A stretch of DNA of 64,000 bases from IMG/VR virus record IMGVR_UViG_3300050034_000334, one strand, 5' to 3'. Position 1 is the stretch's first letter, and the number at the start of each line of letters is the position of its first letter. The DNA is from a virus. Its lineage: Duplodnaviria > Caudoviricetes. This document shows positions 55,535 through 63,403 of the stretch, piece by piece. The translations under genes were made by a program, and so were the position numbers. The notes under the pieces were generated by a model. It saw only the letters and a list, made by a program, of their open reading frames with translations, was not told the DNA's origin and did no database searches.

Positions 55535-55750
55535 TCAAACTTCTGTTCTCACACTCTTGGGGAGATCCAACCCCCATCCACGTTGAATATTCTCCGAGTC
55601 CGTGGTCATGAACAACTCTTTGACCTTCCATCGGTCACTCGGATCCTTATCAAGATCTACCTCAACACCGGGCCTCAGTCGACGGTCAGCAGGCAGCCAG
55701 GTGATCATGTGGCTAGTTCCCTGTTGGATTAGTGCCTGAATCAGCTTCAC
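55535..55750 (-). CDS. Small hypothetical protein between tRNAs
   Basis: AAGGA RBS, GTG start. Confidence 0.55.
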   Translation of the reverse strand: MKLIQALIQQGTSHMITWLPADRRLRPGVEVDLDKDPSDRWKVKELFMTTDSENIQRGWGLDLPKSVRTEV

Positions 55751-55769
55751 GGTGTTCCTTTCAAATCTT

Positions 55770-55861
55770 TGGTGCAAGCGGAGGGATTTGAACCCCCAAT
55801 GTTAGCTGCTAGAGCGGCAGATTTACAGTCTGCTGCGACCAACCGTATTCGCCTCGCTTGC
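55770..55861 (-). tRNA. tRNA-Tyr (GTA)
   Basis: Loop CTGTAAA, long variable arm, CCA. Confidence 0.95.
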
Positions 55862-55863
55862 AC

Positions 55864-55890
55864 AAACAAAAACCACTCCCGGAGGAGTGG
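55864..55890 (-). terminator. Intrinsic terminator of the attenuator for tRNA array B
   Basis: CCACTCC-tccg-GGAGTGG-TTTTTGTTT ending 2 nt before tRNA-Tyr. Confidence 0.85.
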
Positions 55891-55918
55891 CTCTTGTGAA
55901 CTTGGTTTTGAGGTCGTC

Positions 55919-56011
55919 TTATATGCCTCTCCACCTTGCCACAGAGCCACTCGGCAAGCTAAGGTAATAGCTTGACAGTGACGGGGACGAAGATAGAGAC
56001 AGTAAACGCAT
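55919..56011 (-). CDS. 30 aa leader peptide of tRNA array B (MRLLSLSSSPSLSSYYLSLPSGSVARWRGI)
   Basis: GAGG SD 9 nt upstream; 16 of codons 3-19 are Leu/Ser/Tyr. Confidence 0.8.
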   Translation of the reverse strand: MRLLSLSSSPSLSSYYLSLPSGSVARWRGI

Positions 56012-56038
56012 GACGAAATTCCTCACTCTTACATGATA

Positions 56039-56068
56039 CTCTACTGAGCGGAAAAGTAAAGCGGTTAG
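56039..56068 (-). promoter_or_regulatory. Bipartite promoter-like motif CTAACCG-N17-GTAGAG (array B operon)
   Basis: Motif match. Confidence 0.7.
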
Positions 56069-56073
56069 GAAAA

Positions 56074-56316
56074 CTATTTTCCCGTGACGACGGATTTCTC
56101 TTTACGAGTGGCACTATTGGCAATGTCTTCATACTCGAATTCTTGGAGTTTGTGAAGGTTCTTCATCTGAAAACGAACACCCTGGGCTGCCGTGATCTCC
56201 TCATATCCTGTGGGAGTAGCTTCACCACGATAGATCTGGAGGAGAGGTCCTCCCTCAACAGGAAAAGCAATCAGGGGGAAATCTCTCATGTAGGCAGTTA
56301 GCTGATCGTCTTCCAC
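56074..56316 (-). CDS. Hypothetical protein
   Basis: ORF. Confidence 0.45.
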   Translation of the reverse strand: MEDDQLTAYMRDFPLIAFPVEGGPLLQIYRGEATPTGYEEITAAQGVRFQMKNLHKLQEFEYEDIANSATRKEKSVVTGK

Positions 56317-56320
56317 CAGG

Positions 56321-56641
56321 TTGTCTTCGTTAAATTCTTCACCAGACTCTTCCTCTCATCAAGAGTACCAACACGACGAGATCAAGGTCAAAGGTCGCAA
56401 GTTTCACTCCGACCAGTACCTGGCGACGGTTGAGCATCCCATTCCTCCTGCCGGCGAATATCGTGTGACCCGCACCAGCTATGGCGGCGGCGGAACAGGC
56501 ATGGGTCCCCATGACGTCTTTCCGGACGGTCATCGCGTGTATGCCAAGCCGGTCAATGCCGACGAGCCACTCATCTCATTCTATCAGACCGGCTGCTTCA
56601 CGGCCATGATCGAAAATCCCAAGATTGTTTCAAGAGTCTGA
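56321..56641 (+). CDS. Hypothetical protein
   Basis: GGGTGMGPHDVFPDGHRVYA. Confidence 0.5.
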   Translation: MSSLNSSPDSSSHQEYQHDEIKVKGRKFHSDQYLATVEHPIPPAGEYRVTRTSYGGGGTGMGPHDVFPDGHRVYAKPVNADEPLISFYQTGCFTAMIENPKIVSRV

Positions 56642-56680
56642 ATTCCTGTTCCTTCGTAGGAGTGGAAAATGAAATCAAAA

Positions 56681-57040
56681 CTACTGAAGACAGCTGCTGG
56701 GGAAGAGTATGCTGTATTTCTTGGTGGAGATGATCAAAGCGAGGGTGGCCCTGTGATCTCCACCGGGATAACAGGTACTCTTGAGCAGATATTTTCGAGA
56801 ACCGATCATTTGTACACCCGACTCAGTGAATTGGAGGTCTACTTCACGAATGTTGACCTTGCGAACTCCGTCGTCTTCTAGACCTTCCAGAAACTTCTGA
56901 TCCACCAGTAGATATACATTGCCAAAGTAGTCTGGAGGAATGGTGACTGTTGCTTCATAGGGAGTATGTCCCTCTTTGGCGACTCGAACATGGTCACCTA
57001 GATCAACGGCGAGAGGAGGAAACCTTAGAATCTTTGCCAT
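56681..57040 (-). CDS. Hypothetical protein, probably leaderless
   Basis: ATG 7 nt after GTAGAT of motif 57048..57077. Confidence 0.55.
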   Translation of the reverse strand: MAKILRFPPLAVDLGDHVRVAKEGHTPYEATVTIPPDYFGNVYLLVDQKFLEGLEDDGVRKVNIREVDLQFTESGVQMIGSRKYLLKSTCYPGGDHRATLALIISTKKYSILFPSSCLQ

Positions 57041-57047
57041 GAATGAA

Positions 57048-57077
57048 ATCTACTCTCTTTTGCATATAATCGGTTAG
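57048..57077 (-). promoter_or_regulatory. Bipartite promoter-like motif CTAACCG-N17-GTAGAT
   Basis: Motif match. Confidence 0.65.
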
Positions 57078-57121
57078 CGGAGCCAGTATCAAGAGTTGGT
57101 CATTGCCGATTGGAGATCAGA

Positions 57122-57454
57122 ATGAAACGTACTATCCTCTTTGTACTGCTGTTCATCGCCTCCGTGTGTGTAGTCACAGCACAGGATAAACCTGTTGTAA
57201 ATAGAGTTGTTCCAACTGCCGCACCACCAATCCTTGGCACCGCTGATCGCCTTGCTCTCCAGGGCTTAGAGAAGATCAAGGCTGATGCTCAGAAACAATG
57301 GAGCGAGGCCAACGATCAGGAATTCGCTGTCATGCGTGAATGGCAAGTTGCTCATCCAGGCTGGCATGTCTTCTACAATCCTCAGGGCGACGCCAAGAAC
57401 TTCACTATCGTGCAGGACGAGAAGCCCAAGACGAAGGTTGAAGAGAAGAAGTAG
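57122..57454 (+). CDS. Secreted hypothetical protein
   Basis: MKRTILFVLLFIASVCVVTA-Q signal peptide. Confidence 0.65.
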   Translation: MKRTILFVLLFIASVCVVTAQDKPVVNRVVPTAAPPILGTADRLALQGLEKIKADAQKQWSEANDQEFAVMREWQVAHPGWHVFYNPQGDAKNFTIVQDEKPKTKVEEKK

Positions 57455-57491
57455 TCTTCTGTCTTCTGGACTCATAGTGGAGGGTCATGCT

Positions 57492-58268
57492 ATGAGTCTG
57501 GAAAAGGTTGTTCTGCCGGGCAAGCGTCTCGGATGCAAAGCCAAGAAGATCGATTCAAGAACTCTGAAGATGGCCAAGTATTTGGCATCTGGTCTACCTC
57601 CAGCGCCTCCTTCTGTCGATTGGACCAAGAGCATCACTGTTTGGGGCATGATGCTTAACGACCAGCTTGGCTGTTGCACTATTGCCGGCCTCGGTCATGC
57701 AATTCAAACCTGGGTAAGCAACGCCAGCATGCCAAATGCTGACACCCTGAATGTCACTGATGCCGAGATTCTGAAAGGATACGAGGATTTCGATGAATAC
57801 AACCCTCAAGATCCTTCCACTGATCAGGGCGGCATTGAGCTCGATGTGCTCAATGATTTCAAGAAGCAGGGATTCGCTGGCGCCACACTCTCTTCATTCG
57901 TTTCAGTGAACGTGAAGAACCTGGCAGAAGTTCGTCAGGCGATTGATCTATTTGGTGGGGTCTACATCGGAGTGGAGCTTCCGCTCTCGGCACAGGGTCA
58001 GACTATCTGGGATGTGATTCCAACGGATCCTGGTGAATCTAACCTGGCTGGATCATGGGGTGGTCACTGTGTGTGGGTGCCCAAGTACGATGAGACGAGC
58101 TTCACTTGCATCACATGGGGTGCACCACAAAAGATCACCGTGGAATTCTGGAAGGCGTATGTCGACGAGGCTTATGCTCTGCTCAGTCCACAGTGGATAG
58201 AAGCCATTCCACCAGTGGGTCGCTTTGATCTTGCAACCCTCCAGGCAGACATCGCACAGATCGGCTAG
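57492..58268 (+). CDS. Papain-like (C1-type) cysteine peptidase
   Basis: NDQLGCCTIA, WGGHCV, ITWG. Confidence 0.7.
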   Translation: MSLEKVVLPGKRLGCKAKKIDSRTLKMAKYLASGLPPAPPSVDWTKSITVWGMMLNDQLGCCTIAGLGHAIQTWVSNASMPNADTLNVTDAEILKGYEDFDEYNPQDPSTDQGGIELDVLNDFKKQGFAGATLSSFVSVNVKNLAEVRQAIDLFGGVYIGVELPLSAQGQTIWDVIPTDPGESNLAGSWGGHCVWVPKYDETSFTCITWGAPQKITVEFWKAYVDEAYALLSPQWIEAIPPVGRFDLATLQADIAQIG

Positions 58269-58711
58269 AATCTTTGCCAAGGAACGTCTGCTTCATCGTC
58301 TTCGGATTTTCCAACGAAGCGGACAGCTGCCTGAAAACTGGGCAAATCATTGAGAAGATCTGCTACGGTATACAGATCTTCTAGATTGTCTCCAAACTTT
58401 GGCGGAAGAAGGCTCAGTTGCATGTCTTCTTTCGCTTCGGGCCAAGCTACATTCCAGCGAGTCTCCCAGCCACAAATCCGGCGGCCATATTCGTAGACCT
58501 TGACATAAGGCCCACACCAGCCCACAGGAAATTGCCAGCTGAAACATAGCCAGGTCCAGATGGATCCGCATTGGTCAAGACGATGGTACTTCTTGACCTT
58601 CGTGCTATGGAGAACCAGAGGCTTTGGAATCAGCTTGAAATACACCCAGACCATGAGACCAATCACGGATGCACTCAGTAAGAAACTTACGATGAGTCGG
58701 CTAAGAATCAC
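58265..58711 (-). CDS. Membrane-anchored hypothetical protein
   Basis: N-terminal TM. Confidence 0.5.
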   Translation of the reverse strand: MILSRLIVSFLLSASVIGLMVWVYFKLIPKPLVLHSTKVKKYHRLDQCGSIWTWLCFSWQFPVGWCGPYVKVYEYGRRICGWETRWNVAWPEAKEDMQLSLLPPKFGDNLEDLYTVADLLNDLPSFQAAVRFVGKSEDDEADVPWQRF

Positions 58712-58802
58712 TTTGTCTTCCTTTCTTCTTGAGGGTATTGATCGTCCTCACCAGGTCGCTCACACAGGTCGTTGAAGAACTTTCCCATTCTTTTGATGAC
58801 AG

Positions 58803-59969
58803 TTACAGTCCCAGGATGCGTTCAACCTCGGCATCGATGGCGTTCTGCTTGTCGCTGACGGTCTCGGTGACCACCTCGACCTCGTCTTCCGCTTCCATGA
58901 CCGCCGTGCTGGTCTGGGGTTCGACAGCGAACGAGACCTGAACATTGGAGCCACGGAAAGGGTTGTTGGCGGTCGCGGCCAGAACGACTTCCAGAGCCTT
59001 GGACTTCTGCTCGTCGCCAGAGCCGAACATTGCCGCTTCGGCGCGAGCCGTTTCCTTGGTGTATCCAGGCTTCACGCGGATGCCAGTGCGGAAGTGATCG
59101 CTGTATTCGGTGATTGCGTTCAGGAGGTTGTATGCCGATCCGCGAATCTCGGGAATGGCGTTGCCGTCATTGGATTCGAACAGTTCGAGGATCTTCATGA
59201 TAATGCGCTCGCGACGAGTTACTGCCTTGCCGTCTGCGGAGATCGGAAACATCGTGTTGACGACGGTCAGGACCGTTTCCTTGGTCATCTGACGTTCTGC
59301 CAGAGAGTTCAGCTTGATTTCCAGGAGTTCAGCATTCATGATCGCGCCATTCATCAGCATCTTGGCGTCTTCCATGCGCTGTTTGATCTCCTTGGTGTGG
59401 CGGAGGAACAACGTGGAGCCATTGCCGACGAGGGCCATGTTCAGGGTGTTCTCGCAGACCACGCGAGTCGAAGTGATCTTCGCGGTGCCGGAGGCCAGAC
59501 CGTTGTGGGCGTTGGTGAAGAGCAGGTAGTTCTGGGAGATGTCGTTCGTGCCGGCGATGCGGATGTCCTGAGGAAGACGAGCCATGGTCCAAATGCGCTC
59601 ACCCTTGCCCAGTGCACCGGCGGATTCATAGTGCGAGCCGGAACCTTCCAGCAGCGCGTCGACGAAATCGAAGGCATAACGATTTTGGATCGGAGTGTAG
59701 TCCTTGCCAACGTGGCCCAGGTACTGTCCGTCTGAGTCGCGGTAGATGCCGAATGTGTTGAGGAGAACCTCGGAGACGTTCGTGATGGGATTGATCATCG
59801 TAATGGGGTGCTTGCTGACGGTCCAGTCCAGGTGAGCCAACTTCATGGCCTCTTCCCAGGTGACTGCACCGGGAGTGCGCTGACCCAGCAAGTGCCAGGC
59901 TGCCTTGCGATCGCCCACGCAAAACATTGCGTCTTCGCCTTCTGCGGTGTGTTCAATGTTGTGTGCCAT
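58803..59969 (-). CDS. DUF932 (phage/plasmid-like TIGR03299) protein
   Basis: MAHNIE..AWHLLG, YTPIQNRYAFDF, ESAGALGKGERIW, TRVVCENTL. Confidence 0.9.
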   Translation of the reverse strand: MAHNIEHTAEGEDAMFCVGDRKAAWHLLGQRTPGAVTWEEAMKLAHLDWTVSKHPITMINPITNVSEVLLNTFGIYRDSDGQYLGHVGKDYTPIQNRYAFDFVDALLEGSGSHYESAGALGKGERIWTMARLPQDIRIAGTNDISQNYLLFTNAHNGLASGTAKITSTRVVCENTLNMALVGNGSTLFLRHTKEIKQRMEDAKMLMNGAIMNAELLEIKLNSLAERQMTKETVLTVVNTMFPISADGKAVTRRERIIMKILELFESNDGNAIPEIRGSAYNLLNAITEYSDHFRTGIRVKPGYTKETARAEAAMFGSGDEQKSKALEVVLAATANNPFRGSNVQVSFAVEPQTSTAVMEAEDEVEVVTETVSDKQNAIDAEVERILGL

Positions 59970-60001
59970 GTTTGGTATTCCTTTCTGGTTCGATTGTGAA
60001 C

Positions 60002-60448
60002 TTACATGAGTTCTCTACTGAGTCGAAACTCGGATCGGTTAGTCGAAACACCAAGGTCTGGATCTGGATAGGCGAACTTGGTTCCGAATTCCTTCATCAG
60101 CTCGACCTGCTCGTTCACCAGATGCTGAGACCAGTTCCGTGAATCACCCGGATGCTGGGCAACTGCGACGAAGAGCGTGTTCGGGTCTCCACCGCTCATC
60201 ATGGGCTTGATACCAGTCACCTGACCCAAGCCACCAACCACATCGTCTTCTCCGTGGTCGATGTAGAGACTTGTGGCAACATAGATGTAGTCGCCAATCT
60301 TGGGAACCCAGGGTTTGCCGGACTTGATCAGCTTACGGAGGACCGAGAGCTTCTTTTTGTCGAGTTGATTCTCGTCCGCGTGAGCCTGAGCCTTGGTGGG
60401 GAAAGTTTTCCCGGTGCGTTCACTCTGGAACCGTTTGACTTCAATCAT
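60002..60448 (-). CDS. Hypothetical protein
   Basis: GGAGG RBS. Confidence 0.6.
   Translation of the reverse strand: MIEVKRFQSERTGKTFPTKAQAHADENQLDKKKLSVLRKLIKSGKPWVPKIGDYIYVATSLYIDHGEDDVVGGLGQVTGIKPMMSGGDPNTLFVAVAQHPGDSRNWSQHLVNEQVELMKEFGTKFAYPDPDLGVSTNRSEFRLSRELM
60013..60042 (-). promoter_or_regulatory. Bipartite promoter-like motif CTAACCG-N17-GTAGAG
   Basis: Motif match upstream of 59969. Confidence 0.65.
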
Positions 60449-60692
60449 TGGGACCCTCCGGTGGAAATATCTTGAGCCAGCATGTGGGGCAGTAGCCAGA
60501 GATCAATTGCTCACGAACCTCTTTGGATATGGATTTGAGAGCACGCTGGATGAGTTGACCGTTCTGCCAGTCAGTGAACTCGCTCTCAGGAATGTAGAGA
60601 CGAGTGCTTTCCTTGCATTTTGGACAGGTCGTCAGTACAACGACACACCAGACGCCGTCATGATCTGTTTCATCTATGCAACTGAATGGCAT
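60441..60692 (-). CDS. Zinc-finger hypothetical protein
   Basis: CPKC...REQLISGYCPTCW. Confidence 0.6.
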   Translation of the reverse strand: MPFSCIDETDHDGVWCVVVLTTCPKCKESTRLYIPESEFTDWQNGQLIQRALKSISKEVREQLISGYCPTCWLKIFPPEGPND

Positions 60693-60919
60693 TATTCTTC
60701 CTTCTTTCCTGTGCGAGCGAGTCGCTCCGCTTCCAAGCAAAGGATGGCTTTCTTGTACAGTTCATCCTTCGCAACCAGGGACTTGTAGGCTTTCTCAGAG
60801 GCAGCTTCGCGGCTCGACCCTGAGATGACAAGAGCGTCCATGATCTTGGCATGGACAGTCAGGTTGTGACGTACTCGCCGATCGTTTGTCTTGTAGTCGC
60901 GATTGTTTCCGAGGCCCAT
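60692..60919 (-). CDS. Hypothetical protein
   Basis: TAATG overlap. Confidence 0.55.
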   Translation of the reverse strand: MGLGNNRDYKTNDRRVRHNLTVHAKIMDALVISGSSREAASEKAYKSLVAKDELYKKAILCLEAERLARTGKKEE

Positions 60920-61179
60920 TAGAGTCCTCTTTCCTTGGCGATGCCGGTCGGTTTCCAGTACAGCGCCTTTGCGGATTCAGGGTGGAGATCGTCTACCGTA
61001 CTTACGATGGGACGATCCCATTCTGGGCGCATGAACAGTAGAGGAACCTTTGAGGTTGAGCAGGGTGGGTTGATGCGATATTCCGTCCAGCCATCCTCTT
61101 CAAGAGCCAGACAGGCATCGGAGAAGCGAGCCTGATAGTCGCTTCTCCATTCGTGCTTGATATGTGCTACAGGAAACAT
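60919..61179 (-). CDS. Hypothetical protein
   Basis: AGGAGG RBS. Confidence 0.55.
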   Translation of the reverse strand: MFPVAHIKHEWRSDYQARFSDACLALEEDGWTEYRINPPCSTSKVPLLFMRPEWDRPIVSTVDDLHPESAKALYWKPTGIAKERGL

Positions 61180-61188
61180 TGTCCCCTC

Positions 61189-61902
61189 CTACTGGATCGA
61201 GATGTATGCCGGTTGATTGCCGTGAGGAGCGGTGCACCAGGTCAGGTACGAAGGATCGTACTTTCCAGGAGCGGCGGCAACCGCAGCCTTGAACTTGCCG
61301 ACCGTGCCCACGCTGGCGAGCAGATCGAATGTGTTGGCAGCCTTGGAACCAGCCTTATACGGATTGGTGGAAGTCAGGGTGACGATGCGAGCCGAATCGG
61401 CAAATCCCTTCTTGGCGACGGGAGCCTTGGGAGCAGGAATCGGAGGAACTGAAACTGGCACATTGCCGAAGAGCGGTGCCGGCACAACAGGAGCCGGTCC
61501 AACGCGGAAGTGTTTCAGAGCCATCTTGACGTCTTCGTCCCGATACAACATGACCTTGCCGGTGCGGGTGTTCTTGCCCACGATGGGATAGGTCGTGCGC
61601 TTAGGTTCGATGCCGATGATCTGGATCTCTTCGCCACGGACAATGAACTTGGCATTGAAGTCGCTGGGATCAAGGCCAAACATGTGGCAGTACTTGGGGA
61701 AGTTGAGTGCCCGCATATCGACCGCCGCGCCACTTGTGGTGACCGACAGGATTTCGAGTTTCATGTTTCCGCTGTTACCGTCACGATCGTATGAGGCACC
61801 CGCACCCTTGATGGTCACGCCATGCTTTTGGCCAACGGACAGGAGGGCTGCGTCGATATCGATCCGGAGAGCTTTCAAGAGTGTTACTTCAATCTTCGCC
61901 AT
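61189..61902 (-). CDS. Hypothetical protein, probably leaderless
   Basis: ATG 6 nt after GTAGAG. Confidence 0.65.
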   Translation of the reverse strand: MAKIEVTLLKALRIDIDAALLSVGQKHGVTIKGAGASYDRDGNSGNMKLEILSVTTSGAAVDMRALNFPKYCHMFGLDPSDFNAKFIVRGEEIQIIGIEPKRTTYPIVGKNTRTGKVMLYRDEDVKMALKHFRVGPAPVVPAPLFGNVPVSVPPIPAPKAPVAKKGFADSARIVTLTSTNPYKAGSKAANTFDLLASVGTVGKFKAAVAAAPGKYDPSYLTWCTAPHGNQPAYISIQ

Positions 61903-61908
61903 GAGCTT

Positions 61909-61938
61909 CTCTACGGAACTCATGCGAGAAACGGTTAG
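61909..61938 (-). promoter_or_regulatory. Bipartite promoter-like motif CTAACCG-N17-GTAGAG
   Basis: Motif match. Confidence 0.7.
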
Positions 61939-62822
61939 GATGGATTGAACTTCAAATTCCTTCCCGCTTCGAAGTATTCCCAAGGATCCTTGAACTCGTC
62001 ATTCAGGAATCTAACTTTGTATCCTTCTCGCTGAAGACGCTGGGAGTATTTCAGTCCGGTCTCATCAGAGTCGAGGAGGAAGATGATGTCAAGTCCTTCC
62101 ATGAACTTGAAGTGAGCCTCCGAAGCGAAGGCAGATCCCAATCCTACGCTCTGTCCTTCCTCCATGAGATCACAGGCGATGTGATCGTATAGACCTTCGA
62201 CGACATAGACCGGCTTGGAGGGGTCAACCTTCTGAAGTCCAAAGGTGGCTTGTCTCCCATGAGAGAAAAGCCACTTACACATGAGACTGCTGATGTGATC
62301 GTCCACGAAGCGGAAGACCAGGCAGTTCAGATTTCCCTGTCGATCGTAGCTGGGGCAGGTCATGAACTCTTCTTGAGTGAGGTCGACAACGAATCCCAGG
62401 TTGGCCAGGATAGCACTTGAGATAAGCATCGCATCCCGGTTGAATGGAAAGTAGTTCTTCCATGACGTATACTGATGGGGTTCCCATTTCCAGCTGGAGA
62501 TTCCGTAGTTCGGAGCGACCTCGAGTGGAAACTTCCGGTCGGTCAGAAATTTGGTCACCCGTTCACTGATGGGTCGACTCAGGAAGGCCATAGTCTCTTC
62601 AAGCGAGATTGGTGGGTAGTGGGGAGTGTAAGGAATCTTCATGCGTTGGGCGATGTGGGCAGCATACTCAGGGAAGACAGTATGGACATCCAGCATCTCC
62701 TGAATCCCATCGGTTCCCACTATGGCCTTGATGATGTCGTCATCGTCTTCATTGACGAAGTACTCAAGAAGTGGGCAAGGATCAATGAACAGTTTTTTGA
62801 CAAAGGATTTAGTCTTTCCCAT
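61935..62822 (-). CDS. Second Toprim primase-like protein
   Basis: VYVVEGLYDHIA, IIFLLDSDETG, FKDPWE. Confidence 0.75.
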   Translation of the reverse strand: MGKTKSFVKKLFIDPCPLLEYFVNEDDDDIIKAIVGTDGIQEMLDVHTVFPEYAAHIAQRMKIPYTPHYPPISLEETMAFLSRPISERVTKFLTDRKFPLEVAPNYGISSWKWEPHQYTSWKNYFPFNRDAMLISSAILANLGFVVDLTQEEFMTCPSYDRQGNLNCLVFRFVDDHISSLMCKWLFSHGRQATFGLQKVDPSKPVYVVEGLYDHIACDLMEEGQSVGLGSAFASEAHFKFMEGLDIIFLLDSDETGLKYSQRLQREGYKVRFLNDEFKDPWEYFEAGRNLKFNPS

Positions 62823-62827
62823 GCATT

Positions 62828-63403
62828 ATGGGTACTCACTTTCTTATGCCCTGCGCCATTTCGCCTCGTGAATTTCCGAAAGTCGTCAACGACCTTGAGA
62901 GGTTACACTTCTCATCGAATGTCCAGTCTGTCTTCAAGAAAGAGTCGAATACCAATCCGGCTCTCATTGTGAAGATGATGGAAGCTGTTCCACGTAACCA
63001 GCGTGTGAGGAACGGAACGCAAGAGGAAACTCTCATCAGAGGAGGAGATCCACTTGCTTTGCTCAAGTACATGGATCTCGTGGGTATCGGAGAGTGGCCT
63101 GCTGCTGAAGATACTCTCGCAACCTCAGTGAAGAGTGCGATCGGATATGTCGAGCAGATAGGCAACAAACCATTCCCCAAGGGAGAGCCTCAAATCGCGA
63201 CCCAGGCCAACCTGGCCTTCTGGTATGCCACTGAGGTTCTGAAGACAAGATTTCCTGCCGGCGAGCCAGCTATCAAGACAAGACCCAAGATCTGGGCTGC
63301 CTACGTCGAGGAGCTAGAAGAAATGGGTCAAGATTTGCCTGAACAGGATTGGGAAGAACTGCCTGGGATCACAGTTGAGCCACCCAAGAAGAGGAGACCA
63401 TAA
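62828..63403 (+). CDS. Hypothetical protein
   Basis: ORF; YATEVLKTRFPAGEPAI. Confidence 0.6.
   Translation: MGTHFLMPCAISPREFPKVVNDLERLHFSSNVQSVFKKESNTNPALIVKMMEAVPRNQRVRNGTQEETLIRGGDPLALLKYMDLVGIGEWPAAEDTLATSVKSAIGYVEQIGNKPFPKGEPQIATQANLAFWYATEVLKTRFPAGEPAIKTRPKIWAAYVEELEEMGQDLPEQDWEELPGITVEPPKKRRP

Noticed and set aside
54883-55975. ORF-track entries overlapping tRNA genes (also 39227..39660, 38536..39051)
   Set aside because: They are translations of tRNA or structured-RNA sequence.
56669-56881. Plus-strand 70 aa ORF
   Set aside because: It overlaps the promoter-supported minus-strand ORF 56681..57040 by 200 nt; left unresolved and not called.
44143-59735. Long antisense ORFs (e.g. 44143..44955, 49887..50768, 59094..59735; also 10842..11207, 17742..18374)
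   Set aside because: Shadow frames opposite well-supported genes, with no motifs or RBS.
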